Notes: generated from the letters alone by a model not told the origin. DNA of 56,644 bases from a virus (IMGVR_UViG_3300043080_000590:322386-379029), one strand, 5' to 3'. Counted from the stretch's first letter, positions 20,836-30,577 are shown. A program made the numbers and translations.

Positions 20836-21831
20836 ATGTGTAGCGAGGGTAATTTTCAAAAAACCAAGGATATGGAAGAAATAATAAATATTATCTTGGA
20901 TAACAATAGTTTTTTATTAATGGCACATAACAGTCCTGATGGAGATGCGTTAGGTTCGTTAATAGCACTAGAAGAAGTATTTAAGAAATTAAATAAAGAT
21001 GTGTTTGTTGTTTTGCAAAATAAAGTACCAAATCATTATGCAAGTATTGTAGGTAAGAAAAGAGTTAATAAAGTAATAGTTCCAAAAAAATATTATGATG
21101 TTTTAATTGTTTTAGATTGTTCAGATATAGATAGAATTTACGAAGAAGCATTAAATTGTGCAGATAGAAAGATTGTAATAGACCATCATATATCCAATTA
21201 CGTTATTAAAAATATTTTTGACATAATATATATTGATGACGTAAGCTCAACAGGTATGATTTTATATGAAATTATAAAAATACTTGAAAATAAAACAGAT
21301 AAAAATTTATTAGATTCATTTATTGCTACTTGTTTATATTTAACTATTAGAAGTGATACTGGTAATTATCAAAATAATAGTACTAATTTTGAATCCCACT
21401 ATATTTCAAGTAAGTTGTTAGAATATAATGCTGATATTACAACAGTAAATCAAATTTATAAAAATAGAGATTTCTCATTATTAAAACTTATGGGAATATG
21501 TTTTCAATCAATTTATGTTGATTATAATTATAAATTATTATATCTTATAGTTCATAAAGAAGATATAAAAAAGGCAGGTTCTACTTATGAAGAAGCAAGC
21601 AATTTAATAGATTATATTAGAAATATTAATGGTGTTGATACATATTTACTTTTTCTTGAAGATAACAATAATGTAAAAATAAAAGCAAGGTCAGATACAA
21701 AAGACGTTGCAAAAGTTATGAATGTATTTAACGGTGGTGGTCATATAGGAGCAGCAGGAGCTGTTATATATGGCAATAATGTTTACAATATTTCTAATAG
21801 AGTTATTAGTGAATTTAAAAAAAATATTTAA
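20836..21831 (+). CDS. DHH/DHHA1 phosphoesterase (NrnA-like)
   Basis: HNSPDGDALGS, DCS, IDHH, SDTG, GGGHIGAAG. Confidence 0.9.
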   Translation: MCSEGNFQKTKDMEEIINIILDNNSFLLMAHNSPDGDALGSLIALEEVFKKLNKDVFVVLQNKVPNHYASIVGKKRVNKVIVPKKYYDVLIVLDCSDIDRIYEEALNCADRKIVIDHHISNYVIKNIFDIIYIDDVSSTGMILYEIIKILENKTDKNLLDSFIATCLYLTIRSDTGNYQNNSTNFESHYISSKLLEYNADITTVNQIYKNRDFSLLKLMGICFQSIYVDYNYKLLYLIVHKEDIKKAGSTYEEASNLIDYIRNINGVDTYLLFLEDNNNVKIKARSDTKDVAKVMNVFNGGGHIGAAGAVIYGNNVYNISNRVISEFKKNI

Positions 21832-21891
21832 ATATTTACAATAATTTTTAGAAAATATTATTTTTTTTGTATATTTTTGTAAAAATAGTAC

Positions 21892-21920
21892 TTGACAACA
21901 GAATTCGTGTGTGCTATACT
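21892..21920 (+). promoter_or_regulatory. Sigma-A-type promoter without an adjacent convincing ORF
   Basis: TTGACA-17-TATACT. Confidence 0.65.
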
Positions 21921-22325
21921 AATTTTAGTTCTGAACAAAAATATACATTAAACTCTATAATTATAAAAATATTATATGAATTTTTATGTATTCTTATGTT
22001 AAGAAAAAATACTTTTAAAATCATTTTTATAAAGAATTACATTGAAGTATTAACTTATTTTATTCCCAAGCCATGGGACGGGAAGTTATATCTAAGTAAA
22101 TTACTATATATGTTTTAATTTTTAATAAAAATGAATTAAGAGTATTTTTTTGTCCCATGAATGGTAAAATTCATATTAATTAAAACATTTTAAATTTGTT
22201 AAAAAATTATCTATAATAAAGTATTTAAAAAAACATAATAACTTATAGAGTTTTCTAAAATATAAAATAATATCTTTTCTTTATATCTTTAGTAAATAAA
22301 CTATAACTAATATAGGGGAATTGGT

Positions 22326-22991
22326 ATGAAAAGATTGATTAAAAAAGTTAAAAAGCAAAAACGATTACAATATAATAAGCAGAAGTTATTTAGAGTGGCA
22401 CATCTTACCAAAACAGCTGATTGGAAAGATGTTGATGTTAGGACTAATGATATTACCATTATATTAACTGATGCTATGATACAAAATTCTGTCGTAAAAA
22501 TAAATTATGAAAATAGTGGTTGGAGAAATATATTACCTTATGGTTGGTATGTTTCTAAAGACAATAATATATTAGTGTATTGTTATAAAGAAAATTCTGC
22601 TATTCGTTCATATAGATTAGATAGAATTATCAATTTATATATTGATGATAAGTTAGATACAGCCATAAATGAAAAGACAGAAGAAACAAATCCAATGGAT
22701 TTTGAAATTTTAGAACTGCCTGAAAATAATGAAGAAATTTTAGAATTATCTGAAAATGAAGAAGGCGATAAAACACCATTTGAATCTCCTGTTGATGAAT
22801 CATTGCAAATGCTTAGTGATGCTATGAATGAAACAGAAACAGTAGATAACAACACACAAGAGGATAATTCTAATACAACTGAGGAAACTCCTCAAATAGA
22901 AGATTTACAACAGAGTATAGATGAATTAGAAAATAATGATGAAGAAAATCAAAATGATGATATCGTTGATGATATTATGAGCATTGAGTAA
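22326..22991 (+). CDS. WYL-like domain protein with acidic tail
   Basis: INY...WRNILPYG...LVYCY...IRSYRLDRI; D/E-rich C-terminal half. Confidence 0.6.
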   Translation: MKRLIKKVKKQKRLQYNKQKLFRVAHLTKTADWKDVDVRTNDITIILTDAMIQNSVVKINYENSGWRNILPYGWYVSKDNNILVYCYKENSAIRSYRLDRIINLYIDDKLDTAINEKTEETNPMDFEILELPENNEEILELSENEEGDKTPFESPVDESLQMLSDAMNETETVDNNTQEDNSNTTEETPQIEDLQQSIDELENNDEENQNDDIVDDIMSIE

Positions 22992-23166
22992 AGTAGGTGG
23001 TTTTATGGATAAAAACTATGGATTAACAAAAGATTATAATGAGGGTGTAAAGGATAAAGCACCTGATTGGATGGATGATTTTTTTAAAAATGCAAATAAA
23101 GATACAGAAAAAAAGGAAAATCCTTTTAAAGGTGTAGACAACTTTTTGAACATAGGTTTAAAGTAA
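22984..23166 (+). CDS. Small hypothetical protein
   Basis: Packed between WYL and sigma genes; ATG 23005 with AGGTGG RBS likely. Confidence 0.55.
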   Translation: MSKVGGFMDKNYGLTKDYNEGVKDKAPDWMDDFFKNANKDTEKKENPFKGVDNFLNIGLK

Positions 23167-23179
23167 AGGAAGGATAAAA

Positions 23180-23899
23180 ATGATTAGCATTGGTTTTAGC
23201 GGATTAAAGATTGTAAATAATAAAAAGAAAAAAGTAAAATTAATTGATATTTTTAAGAAAATTTTTAATAGTAAAGAAAATAAGTCAGAAGAAGAAAAAA
23301 TTAATGGTTTAATTAAAGAATATCAAAAAACAAGAAGTGAAGATACTTTCAATGAAATTTATAAAATTTATGAACCTATTATTATAAATATGTCTAAAGG
23401 CAAGGACGAAGTAAATATAAATTATCAATCGGAATTGAACTTTGCCCTATATAATGCGGTATTAAATTATAATACTGAAAATAAAACTAATGCAACATTT
23501 AAAACTTATTTTATTAAATGTGCGAAAAATCAAGTTAATGTCATTAATTTGAGTTTAAATGCTCAAAAAAGGAAATGTATGAAAGGTTGTATTTCAATGC
23601 AATCTAATAACATTGTTACTGAAAAAGGTGAAGAATTAACATTAGAAAATGTTTTGGAAGATTTAGCTGCTTCTGAAAGTTTTCATAAAATAGAACTTAA
23701 ATCTGTATTACATACAATAATGAAATTATTGAAACCTGATGAAATAAGAGCTATTAAATTAGTTATGCAGGGTTATACATTAAAAGAAATTGGAGAAAAA
23801 TTAGGTAATATTTCAGCTCCTGCGGTACACGCAAAATTGAAACGTCTGGCTAAAAATAATATTATAGCTGCTAATATCGATTCACTAAGATATTGTTGA
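23180..23899 (+). CDS. Sigma-70 family RNA polymerase sigma factor (regions 2 and 4)
   Basis: QSELNFALYNAVLNYN...TFKTYF (region 2) and GYTLKEIGEKLG HTH (region 4). Confidence 0.8.
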   Translation: MISIGFSGLKIVNNKKKKVKLIDIFKKIFNSKENKSEEEKINGLIKEYQKTRSEDTFNEIYKIYEPIIINMSKGKDEVNINYQSELNFALYNAVLNYNTENKTNATFKTYFIKCAKNQVNVINLSLNAQKRKCMKGCISMQSNNIVTEKGEELTLENVLEDLAASESFHKIELKSVLHTIMKLLKPDEIRAIKLVMQGYTLKEIGEKLGNISAPAVHAKLKRLAKNNIIAANIDSLRYC

Positions 23900-23954
23900 T
23901 AAATGATTTTTAATAGATTATTTGGTAAATTATTTAAAAAAATAAGGACTGATA

Positions 23955-24158
23955 TTGATGATGCAAAAGTTTAATCGTAGAGAATACAATAAAATTGTAA
24001 GTCACTCTATGTTTGATGAAGATATACTATCTGAATTAAGATATAAAGATTTATGTATGTCAGATAAAGGTAGAAATGTAAGCTATGATGATTTAAAAAT
24101 AGTTGATATTGAAGTATCAGAAGCAGCAGAAGATAAATATTTGTTTGAGGAAAAATAA
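23955..24158 (+). CDS. Small hypothetical protein
   Basis: ORF with AAGGA RBS, ends before a bidirectional hairpin. Confidence 0.55.
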   Translation: MMMQKFNRREYNKIVSHSMFDEDILSELRYKDLCMSDKGRNVSYDDLKIVDIEVSEAAEDKYLFEEK

Positions 24159-24168
24159 ACATAAATAA

Positions 24169-24198
24169 TGAGCCTATGTATTATTTTACATAGGCTTA
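24169..24198. terminator. Bidirectional terminator
   Basis: AGCCTATGTA/TACATAGGCT stem between convergent genes. Confidence 0.75.
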
Positions 24199-24202
24199 GT
24201 TT

Positions 24203-24457
24203 CTAAATAACAACTCTTTCTTTACTTAATATGTTGTTGATGTATTTATGTTCCTCTTGCAATGCTATTGAACGCTTTTTGAATGGTCCTAAAATAGGTC
24301 CGCCTATTGGTGATAGGTCGGCAGTCCAACCGCCCTCACAAGGTTCTACATGACTTGCACGTTTGATTGTACTAGTTCCTAATTCTTCAAGTTCTAGTTC
24401 TTCATTATAGATGCTTTGTACTTCACCATTATCATTAAATGATAATACTAATTCCAT
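24203..24457 (-). CDS. Conserved small protein associated with DUF1257/DUF2997/AAA clusters
   Basis: RASHVEP...WTADLSPIGGPILGPF..RS.AL motif recalled from such clusters. Confidence 0.65.
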   Translation of the reverse strand: MELVLSFNDNGEVQSIYNEELELEELGTSTIKRASHVEPCEGGWTADLSPIGGPILGPFKKRSIALQEEHKYINNILSKERVVI

Positions 24458-24471
24458 AAACTTTCTCCTTT

Positions 24472-24903
24472 TTACAATTCTTTTAATGTTTTTATAGAAA
24501 TAATAGTTCTTCTTCTTTTTTTCTTTTTAATAAATATATTACTTTCAGTTTTATCATTGTTTATTTTTTTAACTGCTTTTTCTTTTTTTGTTTTTTCTTG
24601 AATTTCCATCGCCTGAATATCATCTATACGTTTTACTTGTATATCTATAATATTTATTGCGTTAAATTTATTTTCCAGATAATATATGTTTTGAAATATA
24701 TCATCGAGCTTATAATTAGGATATTTATTTAAAATCAGTTCTAATGTTAATACCCCATCAAGAGTAGAAGTTGTATTAGCATCTATGATTTCATATATCT
24801 GCAAGCGAGAAATAATTAATTCAATTATATCATTTATACTGAAATTACCACCATTATGTTTTGTTTCAGAACAATAAAAAAATTCAATAATTACTTTTTT
24901 CAT
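24472..24903 (-). CDS. Basic-tail paralog 1
   Basis: C-terminus KKRRRTIISIKTLKEL. Confidence 0.75.
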   Translation of the reverse strand: MKKVIIEFFYCSETKHNGGNFSINDIIELIISRLQIYEIIDANTTSTLDGVLTLELILNKYPNYKLDDIFQNIYYLENKFNAINIIDIQVKRIDDIQAMEIQEKTKKEKAVKKINNDKTESNIFIKKKKRRRTIISIKTLKEL

Positions 24904-24918
24904 TAAAATTCTTCCTTT

Positions 24919-25320
24919 CTATAATTCTTCTAGCGTTTTTATAGAAATAATTTTTCTTCTTCTATGTCTTTTTTCGGTTGTTGTATTTTTAATTATTCCG
25001 TGTTCATTAGTACCAGTAATATAGAATTTATCTTCTCTAGGTGTTAGTGTTACATTTGTAACTACTATAAACATATATTGATTTTCTGAAAAATATTGAA
25101 ACGTATCACATATATCATTAACTGTATAATCAGCATTATTATTTAGAAAAAATTCTATTGTTGTTATTCTATTAATTAAATCTTGATTTACTATATTATA
25201 ATGCACAACATTAAATTTTTTCAATATACGAGAAAATTCTTCTATTATTCCTAATGTACCAAGATTACATTTATTATCTATTCTTAAATCGTAATTAAAT
25301 TCAATAGTTAATATTCTCAC
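24919..25320 (-). CDS. Basic-tail paralog 2
   Basis: C-terminus RRRKIISIKTLEEL; close to paralog 3 over its full length. Confidence 0.75.
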   Translation of the reverse strand: MRILTIEFNYDLRIDNKCNLGTLGIIEEFSRILKKFNVVHYNIVNQDLINRITTIEFFLNNNADYTVNDICDTFQYFSENQYMFIVVTNVTLTPREDKFYITGTNEHGIIKNTTTEKRHRRRKIISIKTLEEL

Positions 25321-25337
25321 AATCTATTTAATCCTTC

Positions 25338-25739
25338 CTATAATTCTTTTAATGTTTTTATAGAAATAATTTTTCTTCTTTTATTTTTCTTTATAATTGA
25401 TATATCTGCTATTTCTTCTTTATTGTTTTCATCATTAGTAAGAACATCATTTTCTTTAGGTGATAATGATACATTTGTAATAATTATTGCCATATATTTA
25501 TTTTGTGAATAATATTGAAGTGCACTACATATATTATCAACGGTATAATCAGAGTTATTATTTAAAATAAATTCTACTGAAATCATTTTATTAAGAAAAT
25601 CTTGATGTGATATGGTATGTTTTGAAATTGCAAATTTTTTTAATATATAAGAAAACTCGTCTATTATTTCTAATAGACAGAAAGTATATCTATTTTCCAT
25701 TTTTAAACAATAGTTAAATTCAATAGTTAATGTCCTCAT
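25338..25739 (-). CDS. Basic-tail paralog 3
   Basis: C-terminus KRRKIISIKTLKEL. Confidence 0.75.
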   Translation of the reverse strand: MRTLTIEFNYCLKMENRYTFCLLEIIDEFSYILKKFAISKHTISHQDFLNKMISVEFILNNNSDYTVDNICSALQYYSQNKYMAIIITNVSLSPKENDVLTNDENNKEEIADISIIKKNKRRKIISIKTLKEL

Positions 25740-25760
25740 AATTTATTTCATCATTCCTTT

Positions 25761-26072
25761 CTACAACTCTTGTAGTGTTTTTACAGAAAAAATTCTTCTT
25801 CTTTTATTAGGAGTTTGTTTATTATCTTCAATTATTTGATAATTTATTACTTCAACATTAGGGATTTCATTTAATATTGTTACAAGTTCTTCTGCATTAC
25901 ATTCGTATTTTAAAATAATATTTAATATAAATGTTTTATCTTTCATATTATGATTTATTTGGGTTATATTTACAACACCAAATCTTTTTATCTTTTGTTC
26001 AACTAAAAGATAAAAACGTCTATCTATTTTTTTATATTTAAATTCAACTTCAATTATCATTTTCTTCACCAT
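25761..26072 (-). CDS. Basic-tail paralog 4 (ACT-like fold suspected)
   Basis: C-terminus KRRRIFSVKTLQEL. Confidence 0.7.
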   Translation of the reverse strand: MVKKMIIEVEFKYKKIDRRFYLLVEQKIKRFGVVNITQINHNMKDKTFILNIILKYECNAEELVTILNEIPNVEVINYQIIEDNKQTPNKRRRIFSVKTLQEL

Positions 26073-26565
26073 CTTTTTTTAAGATAACTATTTTTCTTGA
26101 TTTTTTATTTAGAACCTTTAAAACACGTTCTGAATTACTTTCTACATTAAAAATATCTTTTTCCTCAGAAATATTTCCATTAGGAATGTTTTCTTTATAT
26201 TTTACATATACATCTTTATATTCCATTAAAGTAATTAAGTCTATGTCTTTATCGTTTTCAATAAAATTTTTTGTTTGTTCAACAAAGGATTCAATAAAAT
26301 TATTGTTTATCTTATCAATGTTTATTTCTACGCTTACCCAAAAGCAATAAATAATATCTCCGTAAATAACACTTCCGTCAGATTGAAGATTTAATATTTT
26401 AGGTAATATTTCATCTAAGGTAAATATTACATCAATGTTTATATTTTTAAATTTATTTCTAAGTATTTCTAATGCTTTTTGTATAATACTACGTGTTTGA
26501 TAAAAACTACTTACTTGCATTCTTAATTTCAACGCTACCATTCCTTTCACAAGTTTTATTTGCAT
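26050..26565 (-). CDS. Divergent basic-tail paralog 5
   Basis: C-terminus KKSRKIVILKK; true start probably downstream of 26565. Confidence 0.6.
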   Translation of the reverse strand: MQIKLVKGMVALKLRMQVSSFYQTRSIIQKALEILRNKFKNINIDVIFTLDEILPKILNLQSDGSVIYGDIIYCFWVSVEINIDKINNNFIESFVEQTKNFIENDKDIDLITLMEYKDVYVKYKENIPNGNISEEKDIFNVESNSERVLKVLNKKSRKIVILKKDGEENDN

Positions 26566-26567
26566 AA

Positions 26568-26596
26568 ATTATACCATATTTCTTATGATTTGTCAA
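26568..26596 (-). promoter_or_regulatory. Sigma-A-type promoter
   Basis: TTGACA-17-TATAAT on the minus strand. Confidence 0.8.
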
Positions 26597-26646
26597 TATT
26601 TTTATTAAAAAAAGAGTAGTTTTTAGCTACTCTTTTAAATATATTG

Positions 26647-26832
26647 TTAATGTATTTTTACAGTAGTAACATTATCATTCTTATAAAATTCTGGTGTAAC
26701 TTTTGAACTTGTAACAACACCTAAATTTTTTTCAAATGGTTTTGTTAAGTCTTTACAAGACATACCTGTTACTTCTTTAACTTCCATATTAGTATTACCT
26801 TCTTCATCAAAAGTAAAGACGATTTGGCTCAT
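26647..26832 (-). CDS. DUF2997 domain protein
   Basis: IVFTFDEEGNTNMEVKEVTGMSCKDLTKPFE...TPEFY. Confidence 0.8.
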   Translation of the reverse strand: MSQIVFTFDEEGNTNMEVKEVTGMSCKDLTKPFEKNLGVVTSSKVTPEFYKNDNVTTVKIH

Positions 26833-26996
26833 GCTATATCAATCCTTTCAAACCAATTACCTTGGCTATCTAACATTATTTCTCTCCTACAATATTTACA
26901 AATTGAATGAACATTTACTTCGTCCATATAAATTTGTGTATTATCAGGTTTATGCCAACCCAAAAAACCACATAAAATTTTTGTACTAAGTTTCAT
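26829..26996 (-). CDS. Small Cys/His protein (55 aa, not in ORF track)
   Basis: MKLSTKILCGFLGWHKP...CKYCRR...DSQGNWF; RBS AGGAG; stop overlaps the next ATG. Confidence 0.7.
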   Translation of the reverse strand: MKLSTKILCGFLGWHKPDNTQIYMDEVNVHSICKYCRREIMLDSQGNWFERIDIA

Positions 26997-27011
26997 TGTA
27001 TATTCACTCCT

Positions 27012-27365
27012 TTAGACATTTACAAATAACTTAATATCGTTGCCGACTTTCTTTTCTGTGAATGTATATCCATTCCTCTTGGCAACAAGTTTAGTTTTTT
27101 CAACAGCATATCTTTGTTTAAGGGCGTTAAGTTCCTTTATATCACCCCAATTACCTTCGTAATTATCATAAATGATTTCGCCATTGTTTGTTACACAAAC
27201 TGGATATCTCCAATTTGGTAATATTACTTTAGTTCCATGTACTCTTTTGCCATCGAAAAAATCCACATAAGATTTTTCTAAACAATTAATACCTAAAGTT
27301 TTACAAGCATTTTTAAGTACATCAATATCTTTCATTTTTACGTCAATAGTTGTGCAATGTGACAT
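27012..27365 (-). CDS. DUF1257 (Ycf35-like) protein
   Basis: MSHCTTIDVKMKD...LPNWRYPV...YDNYEGNWG...LKQRYA. Confidence 0.8.
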   Translation of the reverse strand: MSHCTTIDVKMKDIDVLKNACKTLGINCLEKSYVDFFDGKRVHGTKVILPNWRYPVCVTNNGEIIYDNYEGNWGDIKELNALKQRYAVEKTKLVAKRNGYTFTEKKVGNDIKLFVNV

Positions 27366-27378
27366 AATTAACTCACCT

Positions 27379-27615
27379 CTACTTTTCTTTCTTCAAATAG
27401 GTATAAATAACAGTATCTCCATTATCCATGTGAACTTCAATTTCAATAGGATAACCTGTTTTCTCACTCTTTTGTGATAAGTAATTTTTAGCAAAAACTG
27501 TTTTAGGAGTTTTATGATTCTTTTCACAAGAAACAGCTTTATCTCTTTCTTTATATACTGTTTTACAAAACTCACACTGATATTGTTTCATTTCTAACAT
27601 TTTATTAAACCTCAC
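27379..27615 (-). CDS. Small Cys/His phage protein
   Basis: YQCEFC...CEKNH. Confidence 0.65.
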   Translation of the reverse strand: MRFNKMLEMKQYQCEFCKTVYKERDKAVSCEKNHKTPKTVFAKNYLSQKSEKTGYPIEIEVHMDNGDTVIYTYLKKEK

Positions 27616-27634
27616 TTTTAAATATTTTCATTAT

Positions 27635-29071
27635 TTAATGATTAGTTTTTTGTATATAAGTAATGTTTCGTCTATTATTCTGCTGAGTTGTAACAATTTT
27701 ATTTGAAGCATAAATAGTTCTATTTTTTGCCCAATCTCTAAGAGTTTCTATTTTTTCTTTCATTGTCTTATAAATTGGCGTTACATATTCACTTGCTTCA
27801 AATAATGAAGTATTAAGGCAAGAAGCAAGACGATACATTGTTTTTATTTCTGCACCAGTCCAATTTTCAATATTTGGTAATTGCGTATCTTCAATTTTAT
27901 ATTTATTTTTATAGATTTCACAAATACCTTTTCTTTCTTCTTGATTAGGTAAATCAACAAAGAATATGGCATCCCATCTTTCAGCTCTTAAATATTCTGG
28001 TGGAAGCTTTGATATATCATTACTTGTAGCAATAACATATACATCACTTTCGTGGTCTGATAACCATTTAAGAAATTGACCACCTTGTCTTTGAGAAGTA
28101 CCACTATCCCCATTATAACCATTTACTCCTGCAAGCCCTTTTTCTATCTCATCAATAAATAGAATACAAGGACTCATTGCATCAACAGTTTTTAAAGCTT
28201 CTCTTGTTTTACGTTCTGTTTCGCCTACAAACTTACCCATCATGGTGCTAAAATCCATATTAATTGTAATTCTATTGGTTTCAGTACCTAATGTATTTGC
28301 AAAATGTGATTTACCACCACCTGGGACACCAACAAGAAGAATACCCTTTCCTTTCCCAACCATTTTTTTTGCAAAATATTTAAGTTTCTCTAATCCATAC
28401 AAAGTATCAAAATTAAGTTTTTTATTATTAATTGTTAATGAACTTTGTGTTTTAAGTAATTGCTTTTTTTGTTCGCTTATAAATTCAGGTAAAGGCTTCA
28501 TTTCTATACTAAGACTTAAACTTAAAGCGTTTTCAAGTTCAAAAAATGTCAAACCTAACCCTGCTTGAACAAGTGCTTCTTTTTCGTTTTTATTGATGTT
28601 AAATTCATATTCGTTGCAAAAGTTAGTAATAAAATCTTCAACTTCTTTATAAGTAGGCAAATTAAAATCAAGTATTGTAATATATCTTGATAATTCTTCT
28701 GGTAATTCAACAATTGGAGATATAATTGCAAAAATACAACTATTATTTTTGAATTTACAAATATTGTTTAATAATTTTCTCCAAATTGCATTATTTTTAA
28801 TATAGTTATTGTAGTCTAATACAAATATAACCGTATTGTTTTCTTTTTCTAATGTTTCAATAGGTTGAAGTGCATCCATTGTTGCATCAGCATATACTTC
28901 ATCAAGAGTATAAACACCTTTACTTATATCCCAAATACGATATTGTTTACCTAATTCTTGACAATCTTTTATACACTGATTGATACATCTTTCATATTCA
29001 AAAGTATTTAACCATAGTAAAGGATAACTTGCTGCCATATGTTTAAAAAATAGACTATCACGTTTATTCAT
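27635..29071 (-). CDS. Ycf46-like AAA+ ATPase
   Basis: Degenerate N-terminal AAA, GVPGGGKS, FIDEIEK, TSN, PPEYLRAERWD; ATG 29071 has RBS GAAAGGAG. Confidence 0.88.
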   Translation of the reverse strand: MNKRDSLFFKHMAASYPLLWLNTFEYERCINQCIKDCQELGKQYRIWDISKGVYTLDEVYADATMDALQPIETLEKENNTVIFVLDYNNYIKNNAIWRKLLNNICKFKNNSCIFAIISPIVELPEELSRYITILDFNLPTYKEVEDFITNFCNEYEFNINKNEKEALVQAGLGLTFFELENALSLSLSIEMKPLPEFISEQKKQLLKTQSSLTINNKKLNFDTLYGLEKLKYFAKKMVGKGKGILLVGVPGGGKSHFANTLGTETNRITINMDFSTMMGKFVGETERKTREALKTVDAMSPCILFIDEIEKGLAGVNGYNGDSGTSQRQGGQFLKWLSDHESDVYVIATSNDISKLPPEYLRAERWDAIFFVDLPNQEERKGICEIYKNKYKIEDTQLPNIENWTGAEIKTMYRLASCLNTSLFEASEYVTPIYKTMKEKIETLRDWAKNRTIYASNKIVTTQQNNRRNITYIQKTNH

Positions 29072-29106
29072 TTTTATTTCTCCTTTCAAGTATTTTTTCA
29101 ATCGTA

Positions 29107-29135
29107 ATTATACCATATTTTTTACTGTTTGTCAA
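29107..29135 (-). promoter_or_regulatory. Sigma-A-type promoter of the AAA operon
   Basis: TTGACA-17-TATAAT with extended TG. Confidence 0.8.
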
Positions 29136-29194
29136 TATTTTTTTATAAAAAGTATAAACAATTTTATTTTTATAAAAAAGAAAGAGGTAATATA

Positions 29195-30100
29195 ATGTCA
29201 ACATTTTTAATAATAGACGGCAATAGCATGGCTTGTAGGGCTTGTTATGCAGTAAGTGATTATCAAAAAGAATTAAAAAATTCATCAGGTAAAATAACAG
29301 GTGGTACATATAGATTTTTAAATATATTTACAAAATTATTAAAAGAATTTAAGCCAACACACATCGTAGTTGTTTGGGATAGTCATACAAAAACTTTTAG
29401 AAAAGAAATATATACGGATTATAAAGGAAATAGAAATAACGTGGATGATATAAATGATGAAAATACAGCAATAATGTTTCAGGATATAAAAGAAATATTA
29501 AGTTTAATTGGCGTTTTAAATGTAGAATATTTAGGTTATGAGGGCGATGATTTATGTGGTACTTTTGCTAATATATCTACTGCTGACAAAAATTTAATTG
29601 TTTCGGGAGATAGAGATATATTTCAATTAATAGATAATTATACAAATGTTGTTTATCTAAAAACAGGCGATAAGAAATTTAATGTTATTGATGAAGAAAC
29701 ATTAAAAGAAAAATATGATTTAGATAATGTAAGACAATTTATATATTTAAAAGCAATGACAGGTGATGTATCAGACAATATACGAGGCATTGAAGGCTGT
29801 GGTGAAAAAACAGCTTCTAAATTATTAAGAAAATATGGTAATTTACAAAATATATTAAATACTGAAAATATTGAATGTAAGGGCGTAAGTAAAACTGTAA
29901 TAGAAAATATTAAAAAATGGAAAGATAAGGCAAATACAATATTAAAATTAGTAACAATATATAAAAAAGTTCCTATTGAATTGGAATTTGAAGATTGCGA
30001 ATTAAATATTGATTGGTATAACGCAATACCTAAATTTAATGATTTAGAATTTAGTTCTTATATAAATAATATAGATAAACTTTACAATGGTGGTGAGTAA
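29195..30100 (+). CDS. 5'-3' exonuclease (Pol I N-terminal/FEN-like)
   Basis: IDGNS, YKGNR, EGDD, SGDRD, GDVSDNIRGIEGCGEKTA. Confidence 0.92.
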   Translation: MSTFLIIDGNSMACRACYAVSDYQKELKNSSGKITGGTYRFLNIFTKLLKEFKPTHIVVVWDSHTKTFRKEIYTDYKGNRNNVDDINDENTAIMFQDIKEILSLIGVLNVEYLGYEGDDLCGTFANISTADKNLIVSGDRDIFQLIDNYTNVVYLKTGDKKFNVIDEETLKEKYDLDNVRQFIYLKAMTGDVSDNIRGIEGCGEKTASKLLRKYGNLQNILNTENIECKGVSKTVIENIKKWKDKANTILKLVTIYKKVPIELEFEDCELNIDWYNAIPKFNDLEFSSYINNIDKLYNGGE

Positions 30101-30102
30101 GT

Positions 30103-30531
30103 ATGACCGAGGAAGAATATTTTAAATTATTAGGCGGTATAGAAACAGTTGAAGAAAAAAAAGAAGAAGAAAAACCTGAGCCACTGAAAAAGCCCGTATA
30201 TGTATTTGACAGAAACAACACGACAGGTAAAGTAGAAGTAAATACTCCTACTATGTTGGGGATAAAACAAGAGAAAAAAGAAAAATCAATAACAGAACAA
30301 AATAATGAAATAATAAATAATTCAATGAGAAATAAAAAAAACATAGTAAGTGGTATGTTAAGAAATTATAATAATGAATTAGCAAAAATACAAATAGAAA
30401 TAGAGTTAGAAGAAAGATTGTATTCAAAAACTAATGATGAAAAATATAAAACTAATTTAAATGATTTAAATAATCAAAAAATTGAATTGATAGAAAAAAT
30501 AAAAGGTTTAAATTTAATTAACGAAGAATAA
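30103..30531 (+). CDS. Hypothetical coiled-coil protein
   Basis: Operonic with the exonuclease gene; RBS GGTGAG. Confidence 0.65.
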   Translation: MTEEEYFKLLGGIETVEEKKEEEKPEPLKKPVYVFDRNNTTGKVEVNTPTMLGIKQEKKEKSITEQNNEIINNSMRNKKNIVSGMLRNYNNELAKIQIEIELEERLYSKTNDEKYKTNLNDLNNQKIELIEKIKGLNLINEE

Positions 30532-30577
30532 ATTATTTTATATCTTTTAATAAACAACAAAAGAGGGAGATTTTATA

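Noticed and set aside
21867-22118. 83-aa ORF
   Set aside because: TTG start without RBS; overlaps a promoter; low-complexity translation.
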